Source of the DNA: Candidatus Heimdallarchaeota archaeon
Lineage (GTDB): Archaea > Asgardarchaeota > Heimdallarchaeia > Hodarchaeales > Hodarchaeaceae
Length of the DNA: 64,000 bases
Assembly: GCA_048881705.1 (NCBI GenBank)
Contig: JBHLSH010000005.1
Span: 1 to 64,000, forward strand
Reading direction: 5' to 3'
Each line of letters begins with the position of its first letter. Position 1 is the stretch's first letter. The translations under genes and the position numbers were made by a program. Below the pieces are notes generated by a model that saw nothing but the letters and a program-made list of their open reading frames with translations, did not search any database and had not been told where the DNA came from. Positions 9,807-18,705 of this stretch are shown here, piece after piece.

Positions 9807-10247
9807 TTACATTTTACTTCCAAATAACAATACAAAGACTTTTCGTTCACGAGGCTCGTTGTATTCAATGAAGTAAACACGTTGCCATGGACCAAGTACC
9901 AGTTTACCATTTTCAATACCCAAAAAAACCGAATTCCCGATTACCTGTGCTTTCACATGAGATGCAGCGTCTAACGGAGTTTCTTCAGTATGGTGCCAGT
10001 TCCTGGTTTCTGGTATCAATTCCCATAGCACTTCAGAAACATCCATTCCCACCCCCGGATCTGAACCTTCGTTGATAACAACACCTGTGGTAGTATGCAG
10101 GCTATACGCGACCATAAGGCCCGCCTTGATAGGATTTTCTTCACTGAAATCTATAAGGTCCTGGGTGATATCATAATATTCTCCAGCTTTTTTCGTTTTC
10201 ACGACAATGTATCTGGTGAGGAATTCAATATCTGGCATCAGGATCAC
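9807..10247 (-). CDS. yjbQ: YjbQ (UPF0047) family protein
   Basis: SLHTTTGVVINE, AASHVKAQVIG, LVLGPWQRVYFIE. Confidence 0.9.
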   Translation of the reverse strand: MILMPDIEFLTRYIVVKTKKAGEYYDITQDLIDFSEENPIKAGLMVAYSLHTTTGVVINEGSDPGVGMDVSEVLWELIPETRNWHHTEETPLDAASHVKAQVIGNSVFLGIENGKLVLGPWQRVYFIEYNEPRERKVFVLLFGSKM

Positions 10248-10311
10248 TTGTTTTACAGATGGAATAAAAAGAATAGTATAGGTTATTGTGGTTGATTATG
10301 GGCGTCACTTT

Positions 10312-10330
10312 ATAACTCAAATTGAGTTAT
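10312..10330. promoter_or_regulatory. Perfect 9-1-9 inverted repeat ATAACTCAA-A-TTGAGTTAT, candidate operator
   Basis: Read directly from the sequence; lies in the divergent intergenic region between yjbQ and sgcQ. Confidence 0.55.
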
Positions 10331-10462
10331 CTAGTGTGCATAACCTCGTATATTTTTAAAGAAAAGCTCTAACAAAAAAAACAAAATTACCACCTGATTT
10401 GTTCGTCAGGAATAATCTCCGACGGATCCACATTATCAAATTTCATTTAGTTACACACAGTC

Positions 10463-10470
10463 TTATATAA
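10463..10470 (+). promoter_or_regulatory. Candidate archaeal TATA box for sgcQ
   Basis: TTATATAA about 20-25 nt upstream of ATG 10489. Confidence 0.35.
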
Positions 10471-10488
10471 TACTCAAGGCGAACAAAA

Positions 10489-11292
10489 ATGACACTTTTG
10501 AAAGATTTATTCCAAGCTGAAAAGCCCGTTATTGGTATGGTTCACTTCCCACCGCTTCCTAGTACATATGAATACGATGATGTAGCGGGAATGGAAAAAA
10601 TTGTATCTAGTGCTCTTTCCGATATAAAAGCCTTACAAGATGGAGATATCGACGGCTTACTGTTTTGTAATGAAGGGGATCGCCCATATGCCAAAGGAGT
10701 GGACAAAATAATCGCCGCATCAATGGCAGCTGCGATAGGTGAACTGAAAACAGAAATATCCATCCCTTTTGGCGTGGACATTATGTGGGATCCGATTGCG
10801 GCTCTCGCAGTTGCGAAAGCGACTGGAGCTAAATATGTACGTGGAGTATTCACAGGCGCCTTCGCGGGAGATATGGGTTTTTTTGATCCACCGGGCGCGG
10901 AAGCTTTTCGCTATAAAAAGGCAATCGAAGCTTTTGATGTCAAAGTTTTCAGCATTGTAAATGCAGAATTTGCCCATCCCCTGGATAGGCGTTCACTTGC
11001 CCTCATCGCAAAAGGCACCGTGTTTGTTGGAATTGCGGACGCTCTTTGTGTTTCTGGCCCAATGACTGGAATGGAAGCTCGGTTAGAGGAGCTACGAATT
11101 GTAAAAGAAAATTCTATGGGGGCACCTGTCATGATAAATACAGGGGCAAGAAAAGACAATATTTCAAAGCAACTAGATATTGCTGACGGTGTGATTGTTG
11201 GTACAAGTCTTAAATTTGATGGGGACACATGGAAAAATGTTGATCCAAAAAGGGTGGCAGATTTCATGGAGGTTGTAAAAACCAAAAGATGA
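10489..11292 (+). CDS. sgcQ: BtpA/SgcQ family TIM-barrel protein
   Basis: KPVIGMVHFPPLP, NEGDRPY, PFGVDIMWD, DALCVSGPMTG, ADGVIVGTSLKFDG. Confidence 0.92.
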   Translation: MTLLKDLFQAEKPVIGMVHFPPLPSTYEYDDVAGMEKIVSSALSDIKALQDGDIDGLLFCNEGDRPYAKGVDKIIAASMAAAIGELKTEISIPFGVDIMWDPIAALAVAKATGAKYVRGVFTGAFAGDMGFFDPPGAEAFRYKKAIEAFDVKVFSIVNAEFAHPLDRRSLALIAKGTVFVGIADALCVSGPMTGMEARLEELRIVKENSMGAPVMINTGARKDNISKQLDIADGVIVGTSLKFDGDTWKNVDPKRVADFMEVVKTKR

Positions 11293-11441
11293 AAGGAGTT
11301 CGGTCGGACAGTTTACGATAGAAAAGTGATTCTTTATTAGAAAAACTTGAAACTGTGTCTTTTACTCGGTATTTCTTGCGGTTTCCGTTTGAAGTGGCTA
11401 TCTAGAATTTCTAGGTCCATGTTTGTTGGAGTTAATAGGAT

Positions 11442-13202
11442 ATGAACAAGATTCTAAGAATTAATATGACAGATTTGGCTGTAAATTGGGAGGATGTGCC
11501 CAAAAAGTACTCAGAATTAGGCGGAAGAGGTTTGACTTCTAGCCTTATATATGATGAAGTCGATCCAACGTGTGATGCATTGGATTCTCAAAATAAGTTT
11601 GTAGTTGCTCCAGGGTTTATTACAGGAACAAGTGCACCTACATCGGGACGTTTATCGGCTGGAGCGAAGTCTCCCCTAACCGGAACCATCAAGGAAGCAA
11701 ATGCTGGAGGTCTGAGTCCCCAAAAACTAGCACGGCTCGGAATAAAGGCACTGATAATTGAGGGAATGCCTCAATCGAATGATTGGTACAATATTTATAT
11801 CACGAAAGAGAAATGTGAGATCGTTAAGGCCAACGAATATGCTGGAATGGGATTATACAAGCTTATAGAGAGGTTATGGGAAAAGTACCCAAATAAGCCA
11901 GGGATTTTCGGATGTGGTTTAGCCGGTCAAAAATTAATGCTTTCTGCTGGGATTTTTGGAAATAATCCAGACAATACAGATCCAGGTCGGTACGCTGCGA
12001 GAGGTGGACTGGGTGCCGTGCTCGGATCGAAGAGAGTTATTGCGATAGTAGTGGATGATTCTGGTACAACAAGATTGAAAGCTCAAAATCAAGAAATGTT
12101 TGATGCCGGCAGAAAAAAGTTGGTAGAGGGTCTAGTTAAGCATGAAGCCAAAGAAGCTCTCGCAGATTATGGTACGGAAGGATTAATGAACGTCATGAAC
12201 GAATCAGGAGGATTACCCACAAGAAGTTGGCATAGAGGTCATTTCTCAAAGGCAGATAAGATTTCTGGGGAGGTAATTCATGAGCTTGTGGCACGCACGA
12301 AAAAGAAGTTTCCGAAGTCTCAGGCTAGAACTGGTTGGCCGTGTAATCCTGGCTGTGTTATTGCGTGTGCAAATAAAGTCCCGTACCCATTAGATCATAA
12401 AAAGGCAGGAGAAGTTCATGTGTCCACTCTTGAATACGAAACTGCAATGGCGCTAGGGTCTTTGTGTGAAATCGATTCCTTGTATCATTTAGCTGAATTA
12501 AATCGGATTTGTAATGATCTGGGAGTAGATACCATTGAAACAGGGAATACACTGGCATTGGCTATGGAGGCAGGTTTGTTAGAATTTGGCGATGGGTCTG
12601 CTGCGGTGGATTTGTTGAATAAAATCGCATCTGACGAACCAATAGGCCGATTACTTGGTTTGGGGGCCTTAAGATTCGGCCAAGCATATGGAATAAGCAC
12701 GAAAGTTGCCCATGCCAAGGGCCAATCCTTACCTGCATTCGATCCAAGACCACTCAAAGGAATAGGCATAACTTACGCTACAAGTCCCCAAGGAGGAGAT
12801 CATACTGCGGGATACACCATCTTTTCTGAAGTTGAAGGGGTTAATCCTGTGGATCCGATGGATCCCAAAAAAGGTGAAATGTCTCGATTCTATCAATCGT
12901 TCACCGCTTTTATTGACTCAATTGGATATTGCTTGTTTACGGCTTATGCATTATTAGATATTCCATCTGCAATGGAAGGAATGGTTGAAACAGCAAAGGC
13001 GATGCTCAATTTAGATGATTTAGATATTGAAGAATACGGAATGAAAATCCTCAAACTGGAACGTGAATTCAACATGAAAGCTGGATTCACCACGAAACAT
13101 GACAAGATTCCTGAATTCTTTTATGAAATTCCTCTCCCCCCTCATAATGTCATATTTGATGTTCCAAAGGACGAAATAAGAAAAGTGTTTAAAGACGATT
13201 AA
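11442..13202 (+). CDS. aor: Aldehyde:ferredoxin oxidoreductase (W/Mo-pterin AOR family)
   Basis: KSPLTGTIKEANAGG, RGGLGAVLGSK, CNPGCVIAC, EYET, CNDLGVDTI, GGDHTAG. Confidence 0.94.
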   Translation: MNKILRINMTDLAVNWEDVPKKYSELGGRGLTSSLIYDEVDPTCDALDSQNKFVVAPGFITGTSAPTSGRLSAGAKSPLTGTIKEANAGGLSPQKLARLGIKALIIEGMPQSNDWYNIYITKEKCEIVKANEYAGMGLYKLIERLWEKYPNKPGIFGCGLAGQKLMLSAGIFGNNPDNTDPGRYAARGGLGAVLGSKRVIAIVVDDSGTTRLKAQNQEMFDAGRKKLVEGLVKHEAKEALADYGTEGLMNVMNESGGLPTRSWHRGHFSKADKISGEVIHELVARTKKKFPKSQARTGWPCNPGCVIACANKVPYPLDHKKAGEVHVSTLEYETAMALGSLCEIDSLYHLAELNRICNDLGVDTIETGNTLALAMEAGLLEFGDGSAAVDLLNKIASDEPIGRLLGLGALRFGQAYGISTKVAHAKGQSLPAFDPRPLKGIGITYATSPQGGDHTAGYTIFSEVEGVNPVDPMDPKKGEMSRFYQSFTAFIDSIGYCLFTAYALLDIPSAMEGMVETAKAMLNLDDLDIEEYGMKILKLEREFNMKAGFTTKHDKIPEFFYEIPLPPHNVIFDVPKDEIRKVFKDD

Positions 13203-13575
13203 TTTGCCAGGAAACGGGTTAACCCAGGCTTCATCCATCTTGCGGATTCTAATTTGGCATCCTTTTTTCCAGGGGTTCAGAAATGAAGTTCTCAATCGTT
13301 TAGGATTAGTACTCTATGTTCCTGCTCACCATGAGTCTGGGTAAAATGTCGTAAAATACGGGGTTTTCCGACAATATCTAGCTGATTTTCCTTGTGGCAT
13401 ACGCCCCTTCCACCTGATTCTATTCAACCTTCTCCCCAGTTTTTTGTTTGATACACGTTCTGTACCCAAAAGATGTACCAAATATGAATTGATAATCTGA
13501 GTATTTATTTCACCAAGAGGTGTGTCATCCAACCCTATTTTAGTATATTTGACTGGGAAGTCATTTGTGAGATAA

Positions 13576-13767
13576 ATGATAAAGGACTATGTGGCAATTC
13601 CCAAAAAACTAAGGACAATTCAGGCACCAGGAAAGAAGATCAAATTATGGATCAATGATAGGCCAATCTCTCGTTTGTTGGATTTACCTACAAATGAAAG
13701 GCCATTTGTTCGTGATTTTATCCGAAATATGGAGGATTTGGGATGGAAAGTTCTGGTAAAAGATTAG
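13576..13767 (+). CDS. Small hypothetical protein
   Basis: 63-aa ATG ORF filling an intergenic gap; no family recognised. Confidence 0.45.
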   Translation: MIKDYVAIPKKLRTIQAPGKKIKLWINDRPISRLLDLPTNERPFVRDFIRNMEDLGWKVLVKD

Positions 13768-13771
13768 CTGA

Positions 13772-15043
13772 CTACTGAGGGGGAATATTGGGTGCTTGTA
13801 AATCATCTATGAGAGAATCAAGGACCTGATGAAGGCCGATGAACTCCTCATCATTTTCAGGGGTGTGCTCTTTCAGTATTTGCACAAGGTGTAGAATTGT
13901 TGAGTCATCCTTGGTCTTGCGTAGCTGTGTGAAGAATTGACCATAACTTTTTGCTCCTTCCTCTGCTAGAATGTCCCCAATTCGCTCATAGTAAGTCTCT
14001 GAAATCGTTTTATCAGCCAGCAATTCGATAAGAATTGGAAAACAGATCTCTTTGTTTGCCAAACACACTGTTTTGATCATGGAATGTTCTTCTGTTTGAG
14101 CGGTTTCAAGTTGGGCGATTAATCGTTTAAAGGCTGTTTCGCTTCCAATGGTTCGAAGGGCGTACAAGGCTTGCATACGTGTGAATTCACCCTTGGTGGT
14201 GTCATTGAGGATTTGATCAAGTGCAGGTACACCTTTGTCGTTTTTAATCCGCCCTATTGTTTCAACCAAGGATCCACAGATAATATCGGAGTCACAAAGT
14301 TGAAGGGCATTGATAAGATCCGGAAGCGCAGTTTCGCCATATCGGGCAACAACTGATTGAACAAGCTTATCTGCTTGCTGATCAAGACGACCTATCATTC
14401 CCACTAGTGTAGTTATGGCAGAATCTTCTTTCATTTCCTCCAAAGCATAACCTGCGGTAATGCGAACTTGCGTATCGATATCCTCGTTGTTCAACACTTC
14501 GAGCATCTTTGTTGCGGCAGGCTTGGCATATTCCTTCATGGCAGCCAAGATAAATCCCAAGCGTTGTTGTCTTTCCGCGGTTTCCATATCAAATACCTCC
14601 AAAATCGATGGAATCCGCTCTTGCCAGCACAATTCCCACAGGGGTTGATTGTGGCATCTGTTGAAGACAGTTAGATCAAAAGGAGCGAGTTGCTCTGCCA
14701 TACATGTAAAATTTAGCTGACGACGCTGCAAAAACTGGCATTTGGTGGGATAGTTCAAATAGGGAAGCTGGGTTTGACTCGCTGCTCTTTGGTAGGCGAC
14801 TGCCTCGAATAGACGATTGACTCCTGAAAAAGTGTAAGGCAGCAACCACAATATTGCAACGATAACGATTATGAGTCCCAGAATTCCCAAACTTAAGAAA
14901 AACGGCATGTATGTAAATAAAATGATCCAGGTAAGTCCACTCAAGGATAGCGTTAGAAGACCGCGCACAAGATCCCCAGAGAACGTTGGAACTTTCGGGG
15001 GTAATTTAACAGGATCAGGAAGGGAGTGTTCTTCTAGTGTCAT
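13772..15043 (-). CDS. Membrane-anchored HEAT-repeat protein
   Basis: Two N-terminal TM helices followed by PBS-lyase-type HEAT repeats (VRITAGYALEEM, TRMQALYALRTIG). Confidence 0.8.
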   Translation of the reverse strand: MTLEEHSLPDPVKLPPKVPTFSGDLVRGLLTLSLSGLTWIILFTYMPFFLSLGILGLIIVIVAILWLLPYTFSGVNRLFEAVAYQRAASQTQLPYLNYPTKCQFLQRRQLNFTCMAEQLAPFDLTVFNRCHNQPLWELCWQERIPSILEVFDMETAERQQRLGFILAAMKEYAKPAATKMLEVLNNEDIDTQVRITAGYALEEMKEDSAITTLVGMIGRLDQQADKLVQSVVARYGETALPDLINALQLCDSDIICGSLVETIGRIKNDKGVPALDQILNDTTKGEFTRMQALYALRTIGSETAFKRLIAQLETAQTEEHSMIKTVCLANKEICFPILIELLADKTISETYYERIGDILAEEGAKSYGQFFTQLRKTKDDSTILHLVQILKEHTPENDEEFIGLHQVLDSLIDDLQAPNIPPQ

Positions 15044-15193
15044 GTTTCATCTTTTCCGGGCAGCATCATAAATATAGCTCTCTAAATAATATGGAGGTAC
15101 CAATTATACCGATTTTATTTGAGAGTTTTGAAGTATGAAAAAAAAAACGCGATAATATTTATAATCCGTCGCCTGCTGCAATCTGGGTTTAGG

Positions 15194-15622
15194 TCATTCC
15201 TCCTTACCCGAAATGCCTCGTTTACTGAGAAGCGTGCTTTTTAGCTTCGCTATAAACTCATTGTAATCGCTTTCACTCCATTCCTGAGAGATCATTCCTT
15301 CTTCTTCGAGCTGAATTAGAGTTTGTTCTATAATCTCTTCTACCAAGCTTGACTCTTCATGGTGAGATTCGAAGTGCTGTAACAAGGCGTCTTCGCCCCT
15401 CGGAGTTATTTTCACAAATGTTTTTTTACCTACTCGTTCCCTAACAACCAAGCCATCATCTTCAAGGTCTTTTAATGTAATATAAAGTCCTTTTTTGGAG
15501 ATCTGGAGTTTTTCCATCAGGGACCCGAAATTGATACTTGATTCTTCCGTTAGGATCTGTAGTAGGGGCAGCCCATATGATCTTCGTGACAAACTTTTCA
15601 GTGAATTCTTTTCTACCGACAT
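15194..15622 (-). CDS. Winged-helix transcriptional regulator (ArsR/MarR-like)
   Basis: LMEKLQISKKGLYITLKDLEDDGLVVRERVGKKTFVKITPRG. Confidence 0.85.
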   Translation of the reverse strand: MSVEKNSLKSLSRRSYGLPLLQILTEESSINFGSLMEKLQISKKGLYITLKDLEDDGLVVRERVGKKTFVKITPRGEDALLQHFESHHEESSLVEEIIEQTLIQLEEEGMISQEWSESDYNEFIAKLKSTLLSKRGISGKEE

Positions 15623-15680
15623 TCTTTACCCGGAACGTACACAGTTTAAAAATGGGAAAAAAGGAAAATCTAAGACGATC

Positions 15681-16187
15681 TTATGTCTCTGAGTAGCCTG
15701 GAACCGTCTTTAGCTGGCTGATGAACCAGTCTTTGTCCTCTTTTTTCTTGATTTTATCCCCTGCTTCATTCGCAAGATCAAGGTATTTCTTAACCTGATC
15801 TGGCTCATTACCGGAAATCGAGAAGGCTCGAGCCATCCCTTCGTAGGCAAATGCAAGGTCGAAATCGCCGATATTGTTTTCCTGACAAATTCTAAGGCAT
15901 CTCTGGGCGTGATATTTGGCGGATTCAGTGTTTTTAGTGAGACAATAGACACGGGAAATCTGCCAATCGCCCCTTTCGAGGTTAGTGGGCCCAGTTTTCG
16001 GGTACTTTCCAGAAGCTACGACAACTCCCCAATGATAGCGGGAAGCGTGAGCAGCATGAATCATTTCATCACTTTCTTCCTGATTTCTTTCTTCTTTATC
16101 CATCAAATCCCAAGTATGATTAAACAGCTTTGCAGCAATTTTTCGATGCCATTCCAATTCTGATAGTTTTTCATTTCCTTCAGACAT
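15681..16187 (-). CDS. Conserved hypothetical alpha-helical protein
   Basis: AHASRYHW, RGDWQISRVY and FDLAFAYEGMARA look like a conserved uncharacterised family. Confidence 0.75.
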   Translation of the reverse strand: MSEGNEKLSELEWHRKIAAKLFNHTWDLMDKEERNQEESDEMIHAAHASRYHWGVVVASGKYPKTGPTNLERGDWQISRVYCLTKNTESAKYHAQRCLRICQENNIGDFDLAFAYEGMARAFSISGNEPDQVKKYLDLANEAGDKIKKKEDKDWFISQLKTVPGYSET

Positions 16188-16215
16188 TTGCAGACCTCTT
16201 CTAATTCACTTGATA

Positions 16216-16301
16216 TTCAAGACACAAAGAGCGTCTTGAAACAAGTTCTTATGCTGAGTACCCCTGAGTACCCTTTATATGATTACCCCTGAGTACCCTT
16301 T
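16216..16301. repeat. 8-bp inverted repeat plus tandem CTGAGTACCC direct repeats in a divergent intergenic region
   Basis: TTCAAGAC-N9-GTCTTGAA at 16216-16240; CTGAGTACCC at 16254, 16264 and 16289. Confidence 0.75.
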
Positions 16302-16370
16302 TCGCCGCAGAAATGCGTTTGTACGTTCGATTTGTCGGCATATTATTTGAAGTAAAGAGCGGATTATTGT

Positions 16371-17231
16371 TTGGTTGGCTATTTTATGGAATATGAAACA
16401 GAGGAATTAACGGATAAGGCCAGGGCGACGATTTCAGGAGATTTCATTGAACTCACAGATGGAATCGTTCATTACGAGCTGGCGGGCCCATTAGATGGCA
16501 AGAATGTAGTTTTGGTTCACGGATTTTCTTCTCCCATGAGTCCAGTTTGGGATAATAATTTCCCTTATTTGTCAAGAAAATTCAGGGTTTTGAGATATGA
16601 CCTGTTTGGACGCGGTTACTCGGATAAACCGGATACTCAATACGATGTCAGTTTGTACATTCGTCAGCTTGAAGAGCTATTGACTCGATTAGAGCTAATA
16701 AAAAAACGAATTAATCTTGTTGGATTATCCATGGGTGGTATTATCTGTGTTGTGTTCGCAGTTTCACATCATGAGATGGTTGAAAAACTCTCCTTGATAG
16801 ATCCCGCGGGGTGTGAGACCACTGCTGAGCTAATACCCTCTGAAGATATTTGGAAAACGTGGGATCATGAAGATTTGATCGAAGGTCAACGAGAAGATTT
16901 TTATGACACCGATCAGCAGGTTATTGAAGAATATCTCAAGAAATATCAAGAGCAAACACGATTTAATGGGTTCCTAAGAGCTATTAAATCTACAATCGAA
17001 CATATTCCATTCACAAAGTTTGGTGCAGATTACAGGAAGGTAGAGAAATTCAACATCCCTGCTCAGTTAATTTGGGGTAAGGAAGATCGAACAATACCAT
17101 TTTCCTCTAGTTCTGCCGTCATTAGAGCAATCCCTCATATCCAGTTCTATCCAATAGAAGGAGCGGGCCATATTCCAAATTACACACATTCACGCCAAGT
17201 AAATCAATTGCTTGGGGATTTCTTATCCTAA
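16371..17231 (+). CDS. Alpha/beta hydrolase; start probably ATG 16386
   Basis: VLVHGFSS, YDLFGRGYS, GLSMGG nucleophile elbow, IWGKED, GAGHIP. Confidence 0.92.
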   Translation: MVGYFMEYETEELTDKARATISGDFIELTDGIVHYELAGPLDGKNVVLVHGFSSPMSPVWDNNFPYLSRKFRVLRYDLFGRGYSDKPDTQYDVSLYIRQLEELLTRLELIKKRINLVGLSMGGIICVVFAVSHHEMVEKLSLIDPAGCETTAELIPSEDIWKTWDHEDLIEGQREDFYDTDQQVIEEYLKKYQEQTRFNGFLRAIKSTIEHIPFTKFGADYRKVEKFNIPAQLIWGKEDRTIPFSSSSAVIRAIPHIQFYPIEGAGHIPNYTHSRQVNQLLGDFLS

Positions 17232-17442
17232 GCGGAGAATATATGAAGAGGATGGGCACATTACGTTGGCAGCACTATTTTCTTGATATTTCTGGACATT
17301 GAAGAATTTCTATAGCCAATAAAATTCGTTATGTGATTAGGCATTTAATGAAGACCAAATATGAGAAAAATATCAAAAAGAAAACTCAGTAGACGGTGTT
17401 TATGGAATTCTTTATTCAAATATATCCCCTTGGGACGTTACT

Positions 17443-18690
17443 TTGAACAATTCTCGACCTAATAATATTAAAATTCCCTCTAAAAGGATCCCAATCCTAT
17501 TTCGTCATTCGGTGGCCGAGATCCCAACTACCACGTATGGAGCGTTCGCAATATACAAATATCCAGCCAAATTTATACCTCAGGTAATTGCGTACGTTTT
17601 AAAGAATTTTGCTAAACCTGGTATGAAAATATTCGACCCTTTTGCAGGGTACGGTACTGTTGGAGTCGTATCACGGGTATATGGGTTTGATTATGAATTA
17701 TGGGATCTCAATCCATTACTTGGAACTATTCATGACACCATATTGTCAGAAGAGTCCAAACTTAGTGTTGCCAAACTATTGAATGATCTGAAGCATTCCT
17801 CAGAAGAGTTCGTGCCGAAATGGAAGAATCTCGAATACTGGTTTCCCGAAGAATTTCTTTCTACTCTTATTAAAACTTGGGGTTATATTCATAATCTACC
17901 CAAGAACAGTAGTTTGCAGAAAAAACTGACCATTCCTATGATTAATGTAACCCGTTACTTCTCCTGGTGCGATGAAAAGGTTCATAAATTATATAAGTCT
18001 AAATATTCAAAAAAAAAGGTTGACGAACTTTTACAGGGGAATTGGAAATCAAGATTCTATTTAATGCTGGAGAAGGAGATTCGAGACCTTCTAGCCAAAT
18101 TGGATGAATATAAATTTTTAAAACCAAAACCCGTCAATTACACGGTAAGACATGGCGTAGATACCCTCGAAACGGTTTTGGATGAGGAAAAACATATTCT
18201 TCTTACGTCTCCACCGTATTTACAGGCCCAAGAATATATTAGATCAACGAAATTGGGTTTATATTGGTTAGGATATGATGATGCAACGATTAGGGCCCTT
18301 GGCAAAAAAGAAATCCCCTATCGATCCGTTGATAAAATTAGGATAAAATCAAATCTATATTACGAGTGTAAGGATAAGATAGATTCTAAAAAGCTAAAGG
18401 AATTGTATGAGAGGTATTTTCACTCAATCTTGAAAGCTATTACAAATCTGGCACAGAAAATCAGTGATTATTTGTGTATTTTCATCGGTCCCGCCTCTAT
18501 ACGAACCGTTCCAGTTCCTATTGACGATATTATTGTAGAACATATGCAAGAACACGGATGGATTCACGACGTGACCTTCATCGACACAATAGTTGGCCAT
18601 GTGATGTTTAAATCGCGAATAAATCCCGCTACTGGCCTTAAAAATCAGCGAATTCAATATGAACATCTTGCTATTCTTAAGAAAGAATGA
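17443..18690 (+). CDS. Amino-DNA methyltransferase, probably N4-cytosine (alpha order)
   Basis: YPAKFIPQV, DPFAGYGT (motif I) before TSPPY (motif IV). Confidence 0.82.
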   Translation: MNNSRPNNIKIPSKRIPILFRHSVAEIPTTTYGAFAIYKYPAKFIPQVIAYVLKNFAKPGMKIFDPFAGYGTVGVVSRVYGFDYELWDLNPLLGTIHDTILSEESKLSVAKLLNDLKHSSEEFVPKWKNLEYWFPEEFLSTLIKTWGYIHNLPKNSSLQKKLTIPMINVTRYFSWCDEKVHKLYKSKYSKKKVDELLQGNWKSRFYLMLEKEIRDLLAKLDEYKFLKPKPVNYTVRHGVDTLETVLDEEKHILLTSPPYLQAQEYIRSTKLGLYWLGYDDATIRALGKKEIPYRSVDKIRIKSNLYYECKDKIDSKKLKELYERYFHSILKAITNLAQKISDYLCIFIGPASIRTVPVPIDDIIVEHMQEHGWIHDVTFIDTIVGHVMFKSRINPATGLKNQRIQYEHLAILKKE

Positions 18691-18705
18691 TACAGGCTTT
18701 GAGAA

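Noticed and set aside
13326-13586. Minus-strand open frame (…VSNKKLGRRLNRIRWKG…) that might be a wHTH gene fragment
   Set aside because: No convincing start codon or family assignment, and it overlaps the start of the plus-strand ORF; left uncalled.
16254-16301. Possible mini-CRISPR from the CTGAGTACCC repeats
   Set aside because: The repeats are 10-18 nt with 0-15 nt spacing, and no cas genes are present.
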